Shown: in pieces, positions 18,802-27,782 of the stretch
Layout of the letters: each line of letters begins with the position of its first letter
How positions within the stretch are numbered: the stretch's first letter is position 1
NCBI RefSeq assembly: GCF_013149785.1
Contig: NZ_JABEZU010000001.1
Span: 62,001-126,000 of the forward strand
Direction: 5' to 3'
Source: Isoptericola halotolerans
Lineage (GTDB): Bacteria > Actinomycetota > Actinomycetes > Actinomycetales > Cellulomonadaceae
Length of the DNA: 64,000 nucleotides
Made by a program: the position numbers and the translations under genes
Notes under the pieces: generated by a model
The model's database searches: none
Told to the model about the DNA's origin: nothing
The model's input: the letters and a program-made list of their open reading frames with translations, nothing else

Positions 18802-20397
18802 TCACCGCAGGCCCCGGCCGGCGGCGTAGGTCGCGGCGGCCGCGCGCGAGCGCAGGCCGAGGGTCAGGTAGATGTTGGCGACGTGCCGGTGGACCGTGTG
18901 CTCGCTCAGCTGCAGTGCCACGGCGATCTCGGCGTTGGTGAGCCCGCGCGCGAGCAGGCGGAGCACCTCGGACTGCCGGGGCGTGAGCGGGTCGGAGCGT
19001 GCGCCGAGGATCGCCCGTGCTCTGTCGAGCGCGGGGCCGGACTGCAGCGTCTCCAGCGTCGTCAGGGCAGCGGCGGCGTGACGGCGCGCGGCGGACGTGT
19101 CGCCGAGCGCGAGCAGGGTCTCCGCGAGGTCGAGGCGGCACTCGGCCTCGTCGAGGGGGAGCCGGGCGTCGTGGAGGTGGCGCACCGCGGCCTGCTGGTG
19201 GGGCAGCGCCTCGACGGGCTCGCAGAGCCGGGCCTCCGCCGCGGCGGAGGTGCCTCGCAGGAAGTCCGTGCCGACCGTCGCGGCGAGCGCACGGAGCCGG
19301 GCGGCGGCCTCGCGTGCCTCGTCGTGGTGGCCGGCGGCGATGCCCGCGGCCACGGCCACGGCCAGGACGTCGACCTTCTCCCACGGGTGCCCGGGCGCAC
19401 GGAGCAGCTCGCTGATGATCGACCAGGCTCCGTCGGCGTCGCCGGCCGCGAGCCGGACCTGCGCGAGGCCGGTCATGGCGCCGGGGTAGGAGGACGCCTG
19501 CTGCAGCAGCATCTCGGCCTCGGCGAGCCGGCCCTGACGGCGGCGGAGCTCACCCAGCAGCCGGACCGCCTCGTCCCGGGTCTCCCGACGGGAGTGCTCG
19601 AGCCGGTCGAGCACTCGCGTCAGGCTCGCCTCGGCCTCGGAGATCTCTCCCTGGGCCAGCAGGACGGAGGCGTAGCGGGTGCGGCAGACGAGGAAGAGGG
19701 GCTCGAGGTCGCGCCGTTCGCAGATCTCCGCGACCCGGACGCACCACTCGCGGGCGCGGTCCAGGTCGTGGGCCTCCTGGCAGGCGGTGATGAGCCAGCA
19801 GCACACCTTGCCCATCCACATCAGGTCCTCGACGTCCCCCGCGGTGGCGGCCGCCGACGCCGCGTCGAGCAGCTCCATCCCGGCCGTCACCTCCCCGCGT
19901 CCGACGCGAGCGAGCCCGGCCAGCGCCTGCGCGACGACGACCAGGTCGCCGTCCGCCGTGCGCGTGCCGATCTGCTGCGCCGTCGTCGCGGCGTCGAGCG
20001 CCGCATCGGGGTCGTGGTCGAGCGCGAGCGCCAGCTCGGCCCGGCGGACCGCCAGCCAGCCGGCCTCGGGGACGTCCGTGCGGCCGCCGAGCAGGTCGGT
20101 GGCTCGCGCCAGCCATCCGCGCCCGACGGCGACGCCCGCGCCGAAGAGGACCGAGTCGTGCGCCAGGGCGGCGGCGGCGCGGGCCGCGCCCCGGACGTCG
20201 CCCGAGGTGCGGTAGCTGCGGTAGGCGGCCTCGCGCGCGCTGAGCGCGAGCTCGGCGTCGTCCAGCCACCAGGCGGCCTGCGCGAGCCCTTCGTGATCCT
20301 CGGCGGTGGCGTCCCCCGCCGTCAGCGCGGCGAAGCCGGTCGCTGCCTCGCGCCAGCGACCGGCCCTCAGCGCTGATCTGGCGCCGACGGGGTCCAT
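18802..20397 (-). CDS. LuxR-family regulator with TPR-like N-terminal domain
   Basis: C-terminal LTPRQSEVLRLLARGLTNAEIA..LSEHTVHRHVANIY. Confidence 0.88.
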   Translation of the reverse strand: MDPVGARSALRAGRWREAATGFAALTAGDATAEDHEGLAQAAWWLDDAELALSAREAAYRSYRTSGDVRGAARAAAALAHDSVLFGAGVAVGRGWLARATDLLGGRTDVPEAGWLAVRRAELALALDHDPDAALDAATTAQQIGTRTADGDLVVVAQALAGLARVGRGEVTAGMELLDAASAAATAGDVEDLMWMGKVCCWLITACQEAHDLDRAREWCVRVAEICERRDLEPLFLVCRTRYASVLLAQGEISEAEASLTRVLDRLEHSRRETRDEAVRLLGELRRRQGRLAEAEMLLQQASSYPGAMTGLAQVRLAAGDADGAWSIISELLRAPGHPWEKVDVLAVAVAAGIAAGHHDEAREAAARLRALAATVGTDFLRGTSAAAEARLCEPVEALPHQQAAVRHLHDARLPLDEAECRLDLAETLLALGDTSAARRHAAAALTTLETLQSGPALDRARAILGARSDPLTPRQSEVLRLLARGLTNAEIAVALQLSEHTVHRHVANIYLTLGLRSRAAAATYAAGRGLR

Positions 20398-20435
20398 CTC
20401 GTCAGCCTGTGCCCCGTCGGCGGGCTTGGCAACCC

Positions 20436-20666
20436 TCAGGCGTCGGCCCGGGCGCCGCGGGCGAGGGCGTGCACGTCCGCGGTCGTGAGCGGGTTGCCCG
20501 CGATGCCCCAGTCACCGCTGGTCACCTCGTGGACGACGCACCACGTGACCGGGCGCATCGCCTCGCCCTCGACGCTCACCATCGCGTCGGTGAGGCGGCT
20601 GATGATCTCCTGCTTCTGACGGGGGGTGAAGACGTCCTTGATGACGTCGACCTGGACGAGAGGCAT
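20436..20666 (-). CDS. 4-oxalocrotonate tautomerase-family protein
   Basis: N-terminal Pro (MPLVQVDVI), QKQEIISRLTDAMV, GDWGIAG; GAAAGG RBS. Confidence 0.88.
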   Translation of the reverse strand: MPLVQVDVIKDVFTPRQKQEIISRLTDAMVSVEGEAMRPVTWCVVHEVTSGDWGIAGNPLTTADVHALARGARADA

Positions 20667-20838
20667 GGTTCGTTCCTTTCTCGGGTGCCGCTCCCGGGGT
20701 GGGATCGACTGGGTCCAGGTTCTGTCGCGAGACCCTGCGGGCGCTTCGACCGGACGGGCCAACTTCGCAGGACGGTCGCGGTGGCCCGATCGGGCCACCG
20801 ACGAGATCGGCACCGCCCGGACCACGTACGGTCGGTGC

Positions 20839-23166
20839 GTGCCACATGCAGACCACATCGACGTCGCCCTTGCCTGGATCGGACGAGCAGGCCGCCCCTG
20901 GTTCCCTGTCACGGGAGAGGTCCACTACGCCCGGCTCCCGCGCGAGCGCTGGTCCGAGGTGCTGGGCCACGCCCGCGCCGGCGGGCTGACCTCGGTGGCC
21001 ACCTACGTGTTCTGGCAGGCTCACGAGCCCACGCCGGGCGAGCTCCGCTGGGACGGGAACCTGGACCTGCGCGCCTTCGTCGAGCTGGCGGGCCGGCACG
21101 GGCTCGAGGTCGTGGTCCGGCTGGGGCCGTGGGCGCACGGGGAGGCCCGCTACGGCGGGTTCCCGGACTGGCTCGTCGAGAGCGACCTCGCGCTGCGCAC
21201 GGACGACCCGGGCTACCTCGCGCTGGTGCGGCGGTTCTACGGTGCGACGATCGACCAGCTCGCCGGCCTGACGCACGCGGACGGCGGCCCGGTGGTCGGT
21301 GCGCAGATCGAGAACGAGCTGTACGACCAGCCCGAGCACCTGGCCACGCTGCGCAAGATCGCCGAGGAGGCCGGCCTGCACCTGCCGCTGTGGACGGCGA
21401 CAGGGTGGGGTGGCGCACTTGTACCAGAGGGCCTGCTGCCGGTGTACAGCGCGTACGCCGACGGGTTCTGGGCCGAGGCCGACGAGGAGTGGCCGTCCTG
21501 GTCGCAGGTGCACTTCCGCTACTCCCCGGTGCGCGACGACCTGGGCACCGGCGCGGACGTGCGCGAGGCCCTCGACGGAGTCGTGACGGACGGCGGCGTC
21601 ACGGTGGACGACGGCGGGGCAGCGGGCGAGGTGCAGGACCCGGGCACCCCGTTCATCACCTGCGAGCTCGGCGGGGGCATGCACGTCGCCTACCACCGCC
21701 GCCCGCTCGTGCAGCCCGCGGACGTGGCCGCGCTCGCCCTGGCGAAGATCGGCAGCGGGTCCGTCTGGCAGGGCTACTACGTGTACGCCGGCGGCACGCA
21801 GCGGGTCGGGGCGCACGGCACGGAGCAGGAGTCGCAGGCCACCGGGTACCCGAACGACGTCCCGACGCTCTCCTACGACTTCGGGGCTCCCGTGGGGGAG
21901 CACGGGCAGGTGCGCCCCCACCACCACCTCCTGCGCCGCCAGCACCTGTGGCTGGCCTGCGACGGCGAGGCGCTCGCCGCGATGCCCGCCACCGTGGGCG
22001 GTGGCAGCGACGACCCGGCGGAGCTGCGGTGGGCAGTGCGGTCGGACGGACGGCGCGGCTACCTGTTCGTCACCACCTACCAACCCGCTCGTGCGCCCCT
22101 GCCGGCGCAACCTGGTGTGCAGCTCACGGTCGACCTGGACGACGGCCCGGTCATCGTCCCGACCGCGCCGGTGGACCTCCCCGCCGGGGTCTCGGTCGCC
22201 TGGCCGTTGCGCTACCCGCTCGCCGACGGGGTGGTGCTGCGCAGCGCGACGGCCCAGCTCGTCACCCGGCTCGACGACGTCGTCGTCCTCGCCGCGACCG
22301 AGGGGGTGCCGGTCGAGCTGGTCCTCGACGGCGAGGTCGCCGTCGGCGGTCCCGTCACCACGCGGGCCGCCGACGGCGCCACCGTCGTCACGCTCGACGT
22401 GCCGCCCGGCCCGGGGACGGTCGTCGAGCTGCCGGGCGTGCGGGTCATGGTGCTCGACGACGTGACCGCCGACCGGCTCTACCGGCTGGAGCTTGCCGGC
22501 CGCGAGCGCCTGGCGCTCGCCGATGCCCCGGTCTACGCGCTGGACGGAGAGCTGGTGGTGCACGGTGACCGGCCGCAGGCCGAGGTGTCACTCTTGCCCG
22601 GTACCGACGTCGCCGTGGCAGGGGCCCGCGGCGCCGCACGCGGCGGCGGCTGGGTCACCTGGGAGGTGCACCTGCCCGGGGCCGGCACGCACGAGCTGGA
22701 GGTCGACCCTCGCCCGGTGGCGCCCGCCCCGCCGGAACCGACCCGCGGCGGGCCGATGGACCGGCTGAGCGCACCCACCGACTTCTCGGGGGCGGCCCGC
22801 GTGCACCTGGAGGTCCCGGCCGAGGCGCTGGCCGGCGTCGACCGGGCGCTGCTGCGCCTGGACTGGACCGGCGACGTCGGACGTGCCCTGGTCGGCGACG
22901 AGGTGGTCGGCGACCACTTCTGGCACGGCCCGGACTGGGACGTCGACCTGACTCCCTGGCGCGAGGAGGTCGCCCGCGACGGGCTGACCCTCGAGCTGCT
23001 GCCCTGGCGGCGGGACACCGGCGTGTGGGTCGACCTGTCGGTGCGGGACGTGCCCGACGGGATCGCGGTCCGCTCGGCGAGCGTCGTGAGGGTGGCTCGG
23101 GCAGTGGTGGAGGTCGCAGCGGTCAGTCGAGCGGGGCGACAGGCCCGGTCGACTCGCGCCACATGA
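20839..23166 (+). CDS. Glycoside hydrolase family 35 beta-galactosidase
   Basis: GEVHYARLP, ATYVFW..HE, RLGPWAHGE.RYGGFPDW, QIENE acid/base, CELGGG nucleophile, SYDFGAP; probable leaderless GTG after TACGGT. Confidence 0.88.
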   Translation: MPHADHIDVALAWIGRAGRPWFPVTGEVHYARLPRERWSEVLGHARAGGLTSVATYVFWQAHEPTPGELRWDGNLDLRAFVELAGRHGLEVVVRLGPWAHGEARYGGFPDWLVESDLALRTDDPGYLALVRRFYGATIDQLAGLTHADGGPVVGAQIENELYDQPEHLATLRKIAEEAGLHLPLWTATGWGGALVPEGLLPVYSAYADGFWAEADEEWPSWSQVHFRYSPVRDDLGTGADVREALDGVVTDGGVTVDDGGAAGEVQDPGTPFITCELGGGMHVAYHRRPLVQPADVAALALAKIGSGSVWQGYYVYAGGTQRVGAHGTEQESQATGYPNDVPTLSYDFGAPVGEHGQVRPHHHLLRRQHLWLACDGEALAAMPATVGGGSDDPAELRWAVRSDGRRGYLFVTTYQPARAPLPAQPGVQLTVDLDDGPVIVPTAPVDLPAGVSVAWPLRYPLADGVVLRSATAQLVTRLDDVVVLAATEGVPVELVLDGEVAVGGPVTTRAADGATVVTLDVPPGPGTVVELPGVRVMVLDDVTADRLYRLELAGRERLALADAPVYALDGELVVHGDRPQAEVSLLPGTDVAVAGARGAARGGGWVTWEVHLPGAGTHELEVDPRPVAPAPPEPTRGGPMDRLSAPTDFSGAARVHLEVPAEALAGVDRALLRLDWTGDVGRALVGDEVVGDHFWHGPDWDVDLTPWREEVARDGLTLELLPWRRDTGVWVDLSVRDVPDGIAVRSASVVRVARAVVEVAAVSRAGRQARSTRAT

Positions 23167-24166
23167 TGCGCTGCAAGGGGGACTCGGACGCCGGCGGGTC
23201 CTCGTCGCGCAGCGTGGCGAGCAGGAGCCGCATGGCCCGGCGGCCTCCCTCGCGGAAGTCCACGTCGATCGTCGTGAGCGACGGCATCGTGTACTCCCCG
23301 AAGTCGGCGTTGTCCCAGCCCGTCAGCACCAGGTCGCCGGGCACCGTCCAGCCCCTCTCGGCCGCCCCGCGCAGCACGCCGACGGCGAGGTGGTCGTTCG
23401 CGGCGATCACCGCCAGCGGCGGCGCGTCGTCCGGCAGCGCCAGCACGGCTTGACGGCCGGTCTCCGCGGGCCACTCGCCACCGACGACGCCGAGCGACTC
23501 GACCCCGAGACGCTCGACCGCCGCGAGGTACGTCTCGCGCCGTGCGCGTGCGGAGGCGTAGTGGTCCGGCCCCGCGACGTGCAGGAACCGACGGTGCCCC
23601 GCTTCGGCCAGCGTCGACACGAAGACGTCGAGCAGGCTGGCGTCGGCGAGCTCGCCGGTGCTGTGCATGTTCTCGTCGAAGGCGGTCGCGGCGAGCACCG
23701 GCGTCGTGCTCCGGTCGCTCGAGAGGGCAGAGGGCAGCACCGGGACGAACGTGAGGATGCCCTCGTACTGGCCGCCGACCGCCAGCTCGAGCGTGCGGTC
23801 GGTGCGCTCGGCGACGGTCTCGTCGATGCTGTGGGTCTCCGTGACGTACCCGGCGGCGTGGGCGACCTCGCTCGCACCCTGCACCATCGCGAGCTGGTTG
23901 TCGAACGTCATGCCGGTGATCACCGCGAGCCGTCCGGAACGGCGCGTGCGCATGGACCGGGCGGCGAGGTTCGGCCGGTACCCGATGGACTCGGCGACCT
24001 CCATCACGCGCTGGCGGGTGCTGGCCGAGACCGCTCCCTTGCCGGTGAGGGCGTAGGACACGGTCGTCTGCGAGACGCCGGCGATGCGCGCGACGTCGCG
24101 ACTGGTCGGCGGGGTCGAGCCACCCATCGTCGGCCTCCCTCTCTTGACAGTCGATGAGTCTTTCAT
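23123..24166 (-). CDS. LacI-family transcriptional regulator
   Basis: TSRDVARIAGVSQTTVSYAL, YRPNLAARSM, VPGDLVLTGWDN..PSLTTI. Confidence 0.92.
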   Translation of the reverse strand: MKDSSTVKRGRPTMGGSTPPTSRDVARIAGVSQTTVSYALTGKGAVSASTRQRVMEVAESIGYRPNLAARSMRTRRSGRLAVITGMTFDNQLAMVQGASEVAHAAGYVTETHSIDETVAERTDRTLELAVGGQYEGILTFVPVLPSALSSDRSTTPVLAATAFDENMHSTGELADASLLDVFVSTLAEAGHRRFLHVAGPDHYASARARRETYLAAVERLGVESLGVVGGEWPAETGRQAVLALPDDAPPLAVIAANDHLAVGVLRGAAERGWTVPGDLVLTGWDNADFGEYTMPSLTTIDVDFREGGRRAMRLLLATLRDEDPPASESPLQRIMWRESTGPVAPLD

Positions 24167-24171
24167 AGACG

Positions 24172-24197
24172 CTGATACGTATCACTGATACGTATCA
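24172..24197. promoter_or_regulatory. Tandem LacI-type operators (CTGATACGTATCA x2)
   Basis: Two abutting perfect TGATAC/GTATCA palindromes between lacI and the oxidoreductase operon; TTGACA at 24144-24149. Confidence 0.8.
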
Positions 24198-24211
24198 ACA
24201 GTGGGGGAACC

Positions 24212-25411
24212 ATGCTCAGGATCGGCATCATCGGCACCGGCGGGATCGCCGGTGCGCACCTCGACGGCTATCGGCGTTTCGCCGACGAGTGCGAGGTCGT
24301 CGCCCTGTGCGACGCCGTGCCCGGCAGGGCCGCCGCGGTGCGCGACGACAACGGACTCACGTCCGCCCGGGCGTACGAGCGGGTCGAGGACCTCCTCGAC
24401 GCCGAGGACCTCGACCTCGTCAGCATCACCACGCCACCGTCCACGCACGCCGAGCTGACCGTCGCCGCCCTGCGGGCCGGCGTCGACGTGCTCGTGGAGA
24501 AGCCGATGGCGCCGTCGCTCGAGGAGTGCGACGCCATGCTCGCCGCGGCCGCCGAGAACGACAGGCTCCTGTCCGTCGTGGCCCAGAACCGGTTCCGTGA
24601 CGACATGGCGACCCTGAAGGAGGTGCTCGAGTCGGGCCTCGTCGGCCCCGTCGCGCACGCGCAGGTCAGCTCGGCCTGGTGGCGCGGGACCGAGTACTAC
24701 GACCTGTGGTGGAGGGGGACGTGGGAGTCCGAGGGTGGTGGGTGCACCCTCAACCACGCCATCCACCACCTGGACCTCACGCTGTGGATGCTCGGCGCAC
24801 CTCGCGCGGTGACCTCGGTGCTGACCAACGCCCAGCACGAGAACTCCGAGGTCGAGGACCTGTCGGTGGCCGTCCTGCAGTACGAACGAGCCGTCGCCGA
24901 GGTGACCAGCTCGGTGGTGCACCACGGGGAGGAGCAGGCGATCGTCGTCCACGGGCGGCACGCCCGGGTCTCCCAGCCGTGGAAGGTCGCGGCGGACGTC
25001 GCGGGCCCCAACGGCTTCCCTCTCCCTGGCGGTGACGTCGCGCGGGTCGCCGAGATCGAGGAGCTCGCGGCGTCGCACCGCCCGTTGGATCACGTGGGGC
25101 ACGCCGGACAGGTCGGAGACATGCTCGGCGCGGTGCGCGACCGCCGTCGGCCGGCCGTGGACGGCACCGACGGACGCCGCGCCGTCGAGCTGGTGACCGC
25201 GATCTACCGGGCGGGGATCGAGCGGCGCACCGTGGACCTCCCCCTCGGTCCCGACGACCCGTACTACCGCGCGGGCACGCTCGTCGAGCGCGCCCCGCAC
25301 TTCTTCGAGAAGACGGCGTCGGTGGCCGACCTGCCCGGCGGGATCACCGTCGGCGCCACCGCCACCGCCACCGACGACCGACGCGACACCACGGACGAGA
25401 GGAACGGATGA
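24212..25411 (+). CDS. Gfo/Idh/MocA-family oxidoreductase
   Basis: IGIIGTGGIA, VLVEKPM, GGGCTLNHAIHHLD. Confidence 0.92.
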   Translation: MLRIGIIGTGGIAGAHLDGYRRFADECEVVALCDAVPGRAAAVRDDNGLTSARAYERVEDLLDAEDLDLVSITTPPSTHAELTVAALRAGVDVLVEKPMAPSLEECDAMLAAAAENDRLLSVVAQNRFRDDMATLKEVLESGLVGPVAHAQVSSAWWRGTEYYDLWWRGTWESEGGGCTLNHAIHHLDLTLWMLGAPRAVTSVLTNAQHENSEVEDLSVAVLQYERAVAEVTSSVVHHGEEQAIVVHGRHARVSQPWKVAADVAGPNGFPLPGGDVARVAEIEELAASHRPLDHVGHAGQVGDMLGAVRDRRRPAVDGTDGRRAVELVTAIYRAGIERRTVDLPLGPDDPYYRAGTLVERAPHFFEKTASVADLPGGITVGATATATDDRRDTTDERNG

Positions 25412-26481
25412 CGATGATCAGCGGAGCGGCCTACGCGCCGGAACCGAGACCAGCACCGGTCGTGGGACCAGGGGACTTCGTCTTCGGTGCGGCGCGACTC
25501 GACCACGGGCACATCTACGGGATGTGCGAAGGGCTTGCCGCCGCCGGCGGGACGCTGAGATGGGTGTACGACCCGGACCCGGCGAAGGTCGAGGCGTTCC
25601 GGGCACGGTTCCCCGACGTGCGTGTCGCCCGCAGCGAGGACGAGGTGCTGGACGATGACGAGGTCCGTCTCGTCGCAGGTGCGGCGGTCACCTCGGAGCG
25701 GTGCGCGCTCGGCCTGCGGGTCATCGAGGCAGGCAAGGACTACTTCACCGACAAGGCGCCGCTGACCACCCTCGAGCAGCTCGAGGCGGCTCGTGAGGCG
25801 ACCGCGAGGACGGGGCTCAAGTACGCCGTCTACTACTCCGAGCGGATCCACGTCGAGGCCGCCGTCCTGGCCGGGCAGCTCATCGACGCCGGCGCGATCG
25901 GCCGCGTGCTGCAGGTCATGGGACTCGGTCCGCACCGCCTGGGTACCGGCCGCCCGGACTGGTTCTTCGAGAAGGAGAAGTACGGCGGCATCCTGTGCGA
26001 CATCGGCAGCCACAACTTCGAGCAGATGCTGCACTACGCCGGCGCCCAGGACGCCGAGGTCACGCACGCGGCCGTCGCCAACTACAACAACCCCGAGCAC
26101 CCTGGTCTGGACGACTTCGGCGAGGCCGGCATCGTGATGGACAACGGCGCGACCGGGTACTGCCGGGTCGACTGGTTCACCCCCGACGGCCTGAGCACCT
26201 GGGGTGACGGACGCACGTTCGTCCTGGGTACGGAGGGCTATCTGGAGATGCGCAAGTACGTCGACGTCGGCACCGGCAGGGGTGGAGGCCATGTCTTCCT
26301 CGTCGACGGCGAGGGTGAGCACCATCTCGTCACGCAGGGGGACGTGGGCTATCCGTACTTCGGCCGGCTCATCGTCGACTGCCTCGAACGCACGGAGACG
26401 GCGATGACGCAGGAGCATGCGTTCAAGGCCGCCGAGCTGAGCGTCCGGGCGCAGCAGACGGCGAGGATCCTCACGCCGTAG
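25408..26481 (+). CDS. Gfo/Idh/MocA-family oxidoreductase
   Basis: DHGHIYGM, YFTDKAP, GGILCDIGSH, RVDWFTPDGL.TWGDGR; ATGA coupling. Confidence 0.9.
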   Translation: MTMISGAAYAPEPRPAPVVGPGDFVFGAARLDHGHIYGMCEGLAAAGGTLRWVYDPDPAKVEAFRARFPDVRVARSEDEVLDDDEVRLVAGAAVTSERCALGLRVIEAGKDYFTDKAPLTTLEQLEAAREATARTGLKYAVYYSERIHVEAAVLAGQLIDAGAIGRVLQVMGLGPHRLGTGRPDWFFEKEKYGGILCDIGSHNFEQMLHYAGAQDAEVTHAAVANYNNPEHPGLDDFGEAGIVMDNGATGYCRVDWFTPDGLSTWGDGRTFVLGTEGYLEMRKYVDVGTGRGGGHVFLVDGEGEHHLVTQGDVGYPYFGRLIVDCLERTETAMTQEHAFKAAELSVRAQQTARILTP

Positions 26482-26508
26482 TCACCGGGGCAGGCCACGG
26501 TGCGGACC

Positions 26509-27075
26509 TCAGCCTGCGGTGAGCGCCTCGTCGATCGCGCGGCCGAAGGCGTCGAGGTCGCCCGGGTTGCGAGAGGTGATGAGCCGCCACCCCTCGGCGT
26601 CGTCGACGACGACGGCCTCGTCGCGCCAGTCCGCCGCGCCGGCGTTGCGCAGGTCGGTGCGCAGGGACGGGTACGAGGTGAGGGTCTTGCCGGCCACCAC
26701 CCCGGCCTCGACCAGCGCCCACGGACCGTGGCAGATCGCCGCGACCGGGCGTCCGGAGCCGGTGAAGGACCGCACGATGCGCGAGGAGGCGTCCTGCAGC
26801 CGCAGCGTGTCGGCGTTGAGGGTGCCGCCGGGGACCAGCAGCAGGTCGAACCCGGCGGGGTCGACGTCGTCGAGCGCGACGTCCACGGGGACGGAGCGGC
26901 CAGGATCCTTGTCACCCACGAGGGTGGCGACGTCGTCGGTGGTGGTCGCGGCGATCGTCACGACGGCCCCGCGGTCACGCAGGTGCTCGACCGGGACGAC
27001 GAGCTCGTCCTGCTCGACGCCGTAGTTCGTCACGATGACCAGGACGGTGCGTCCGGCGAGGTCGGTGTCAGCCAT
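26509..27075 (-). CDS. PfpI/DJ-1 family (class I glutamine amidotransferase-like) protein
   Basis: GVEQDEL, VPGGTLNADTLR, AAICHGPW, TSRNPGDL. Confidence 0.92.
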   Translation of the reverse strand: MADTDLAGRTVLVIVTNYGVEQDELVVPVEHLRDRGAVVTIAATTTDDVATLVGDKDPGRSVPVDVALDDVDPAGFDLLLVPGGTLNADTLRLQDASSRIVRSFTGSGRPVAAICHGPWALVEAGVVAGKTLTSYPSLRTDLRNAGAADWRDEAVVVDDAEGWRLITSRNPGDLDAFGRAIDEALTAG

Positions 27076-27125
27076 GGTCGTTCCTTTCCGTCGGGGTCTT
27101 CCGTCGGGCCGCCCACGGTAGGCAC

Positions 27126-27157
27126 GCCCCGGGCCCGACGCACGCCGGGCCCGGGGC
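27126..27157 (-). terminator. GC-rich hairpin after the copper operon
   Basis: GCCCCGGGCCCG-N8-CGGGCCCGGGGC. Confidence 0.55.
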
Positions 27158-27167
27158 GGGGCATCGC

Positions 27168-27782
27168 TCAGGTCCGGCGCCGGTGCCGTGCCGCACCCCA
27201 CGCCCCGACGCCCCCGGCGACCGCCGACACCGCGACCAGCACCGCGGCCAGCGGACCCAGCGGGACCGACGGCGGCGCCACGGGAGCAGGCGAGGCGGCG
27301 AGCACCGTCGCCGTGGCCACCAGGGTCGGCGCGGGGTAGGCCCCCGACGGGTCGGTGTCGGCCCAGGCGTACCCGTCGCCCGAGGTGCACTCCTGGACCG
27401 CCGGGAACACGAAGGACTGGCCGGGGGTGCCCACCATCTCGACGTCCACGGTGAGCTCGGTGACCTCCCCGTCCGGGATCGGTTCGCCCTCCCAACGGAC
27501 CTGGTCCGACGTGACCTCGGCGGACCAGCCGTCGGGCGCACCGGCGGCGAGGGCCTCGACGCCGTCCGGCAGGGTGATCCGGACGGCGTCCGTCGGCGAG
27601 CCGTCGCAGCCGTGGTCGAAGGTGAACGTGACCGCCGCCGTACCGTCGCCGTGAGGCTCGGCCCGGTCGACGATGACGTGCGCCGCGGCCGGGCCGGCGG
27701 GTGCCAGCATCACGGCCGCCACCACGGCGGCCCACGAGGCGCGGCGCAGGACCGGGCGGGCGGTGGCGCTCGTGACGCTCAT
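27168..27782 (-). CDS. YcnI/DUF1775-like copper-binding membrane-anchored protein
   Basis: Signal peptide ending AAA-H, FDHGC, FPAVQEC..W...YPAP, C-terminal TM anchor. Confidence 0.8.
   Translation of the reverse strand: MSVTSATARPVLRRASWAAVVAAVMLAPAGPAAAHVIVDRAEPHGDGTAAVTFTFDHGCDGSPTDAVRITLPDGVEALAAGAPDGWSAEVTSDQVRWEGEPIPDGEVTELTVDVEMVGTPGQSFVFPAVQECTSGDGYAWADTDPSGAYPAPTLVATATVLAASPAPVAPPSVPLGPLAAVLVAVSAVAGGVGAWGAARHRRRT

Noticed and set aside
20626..20838. N-terminal extension of the GH35 ORF
   Set aside because: Overlaps the divergent tautomerase start and lacks protein-like character; leaderless GTG 20839 fits better
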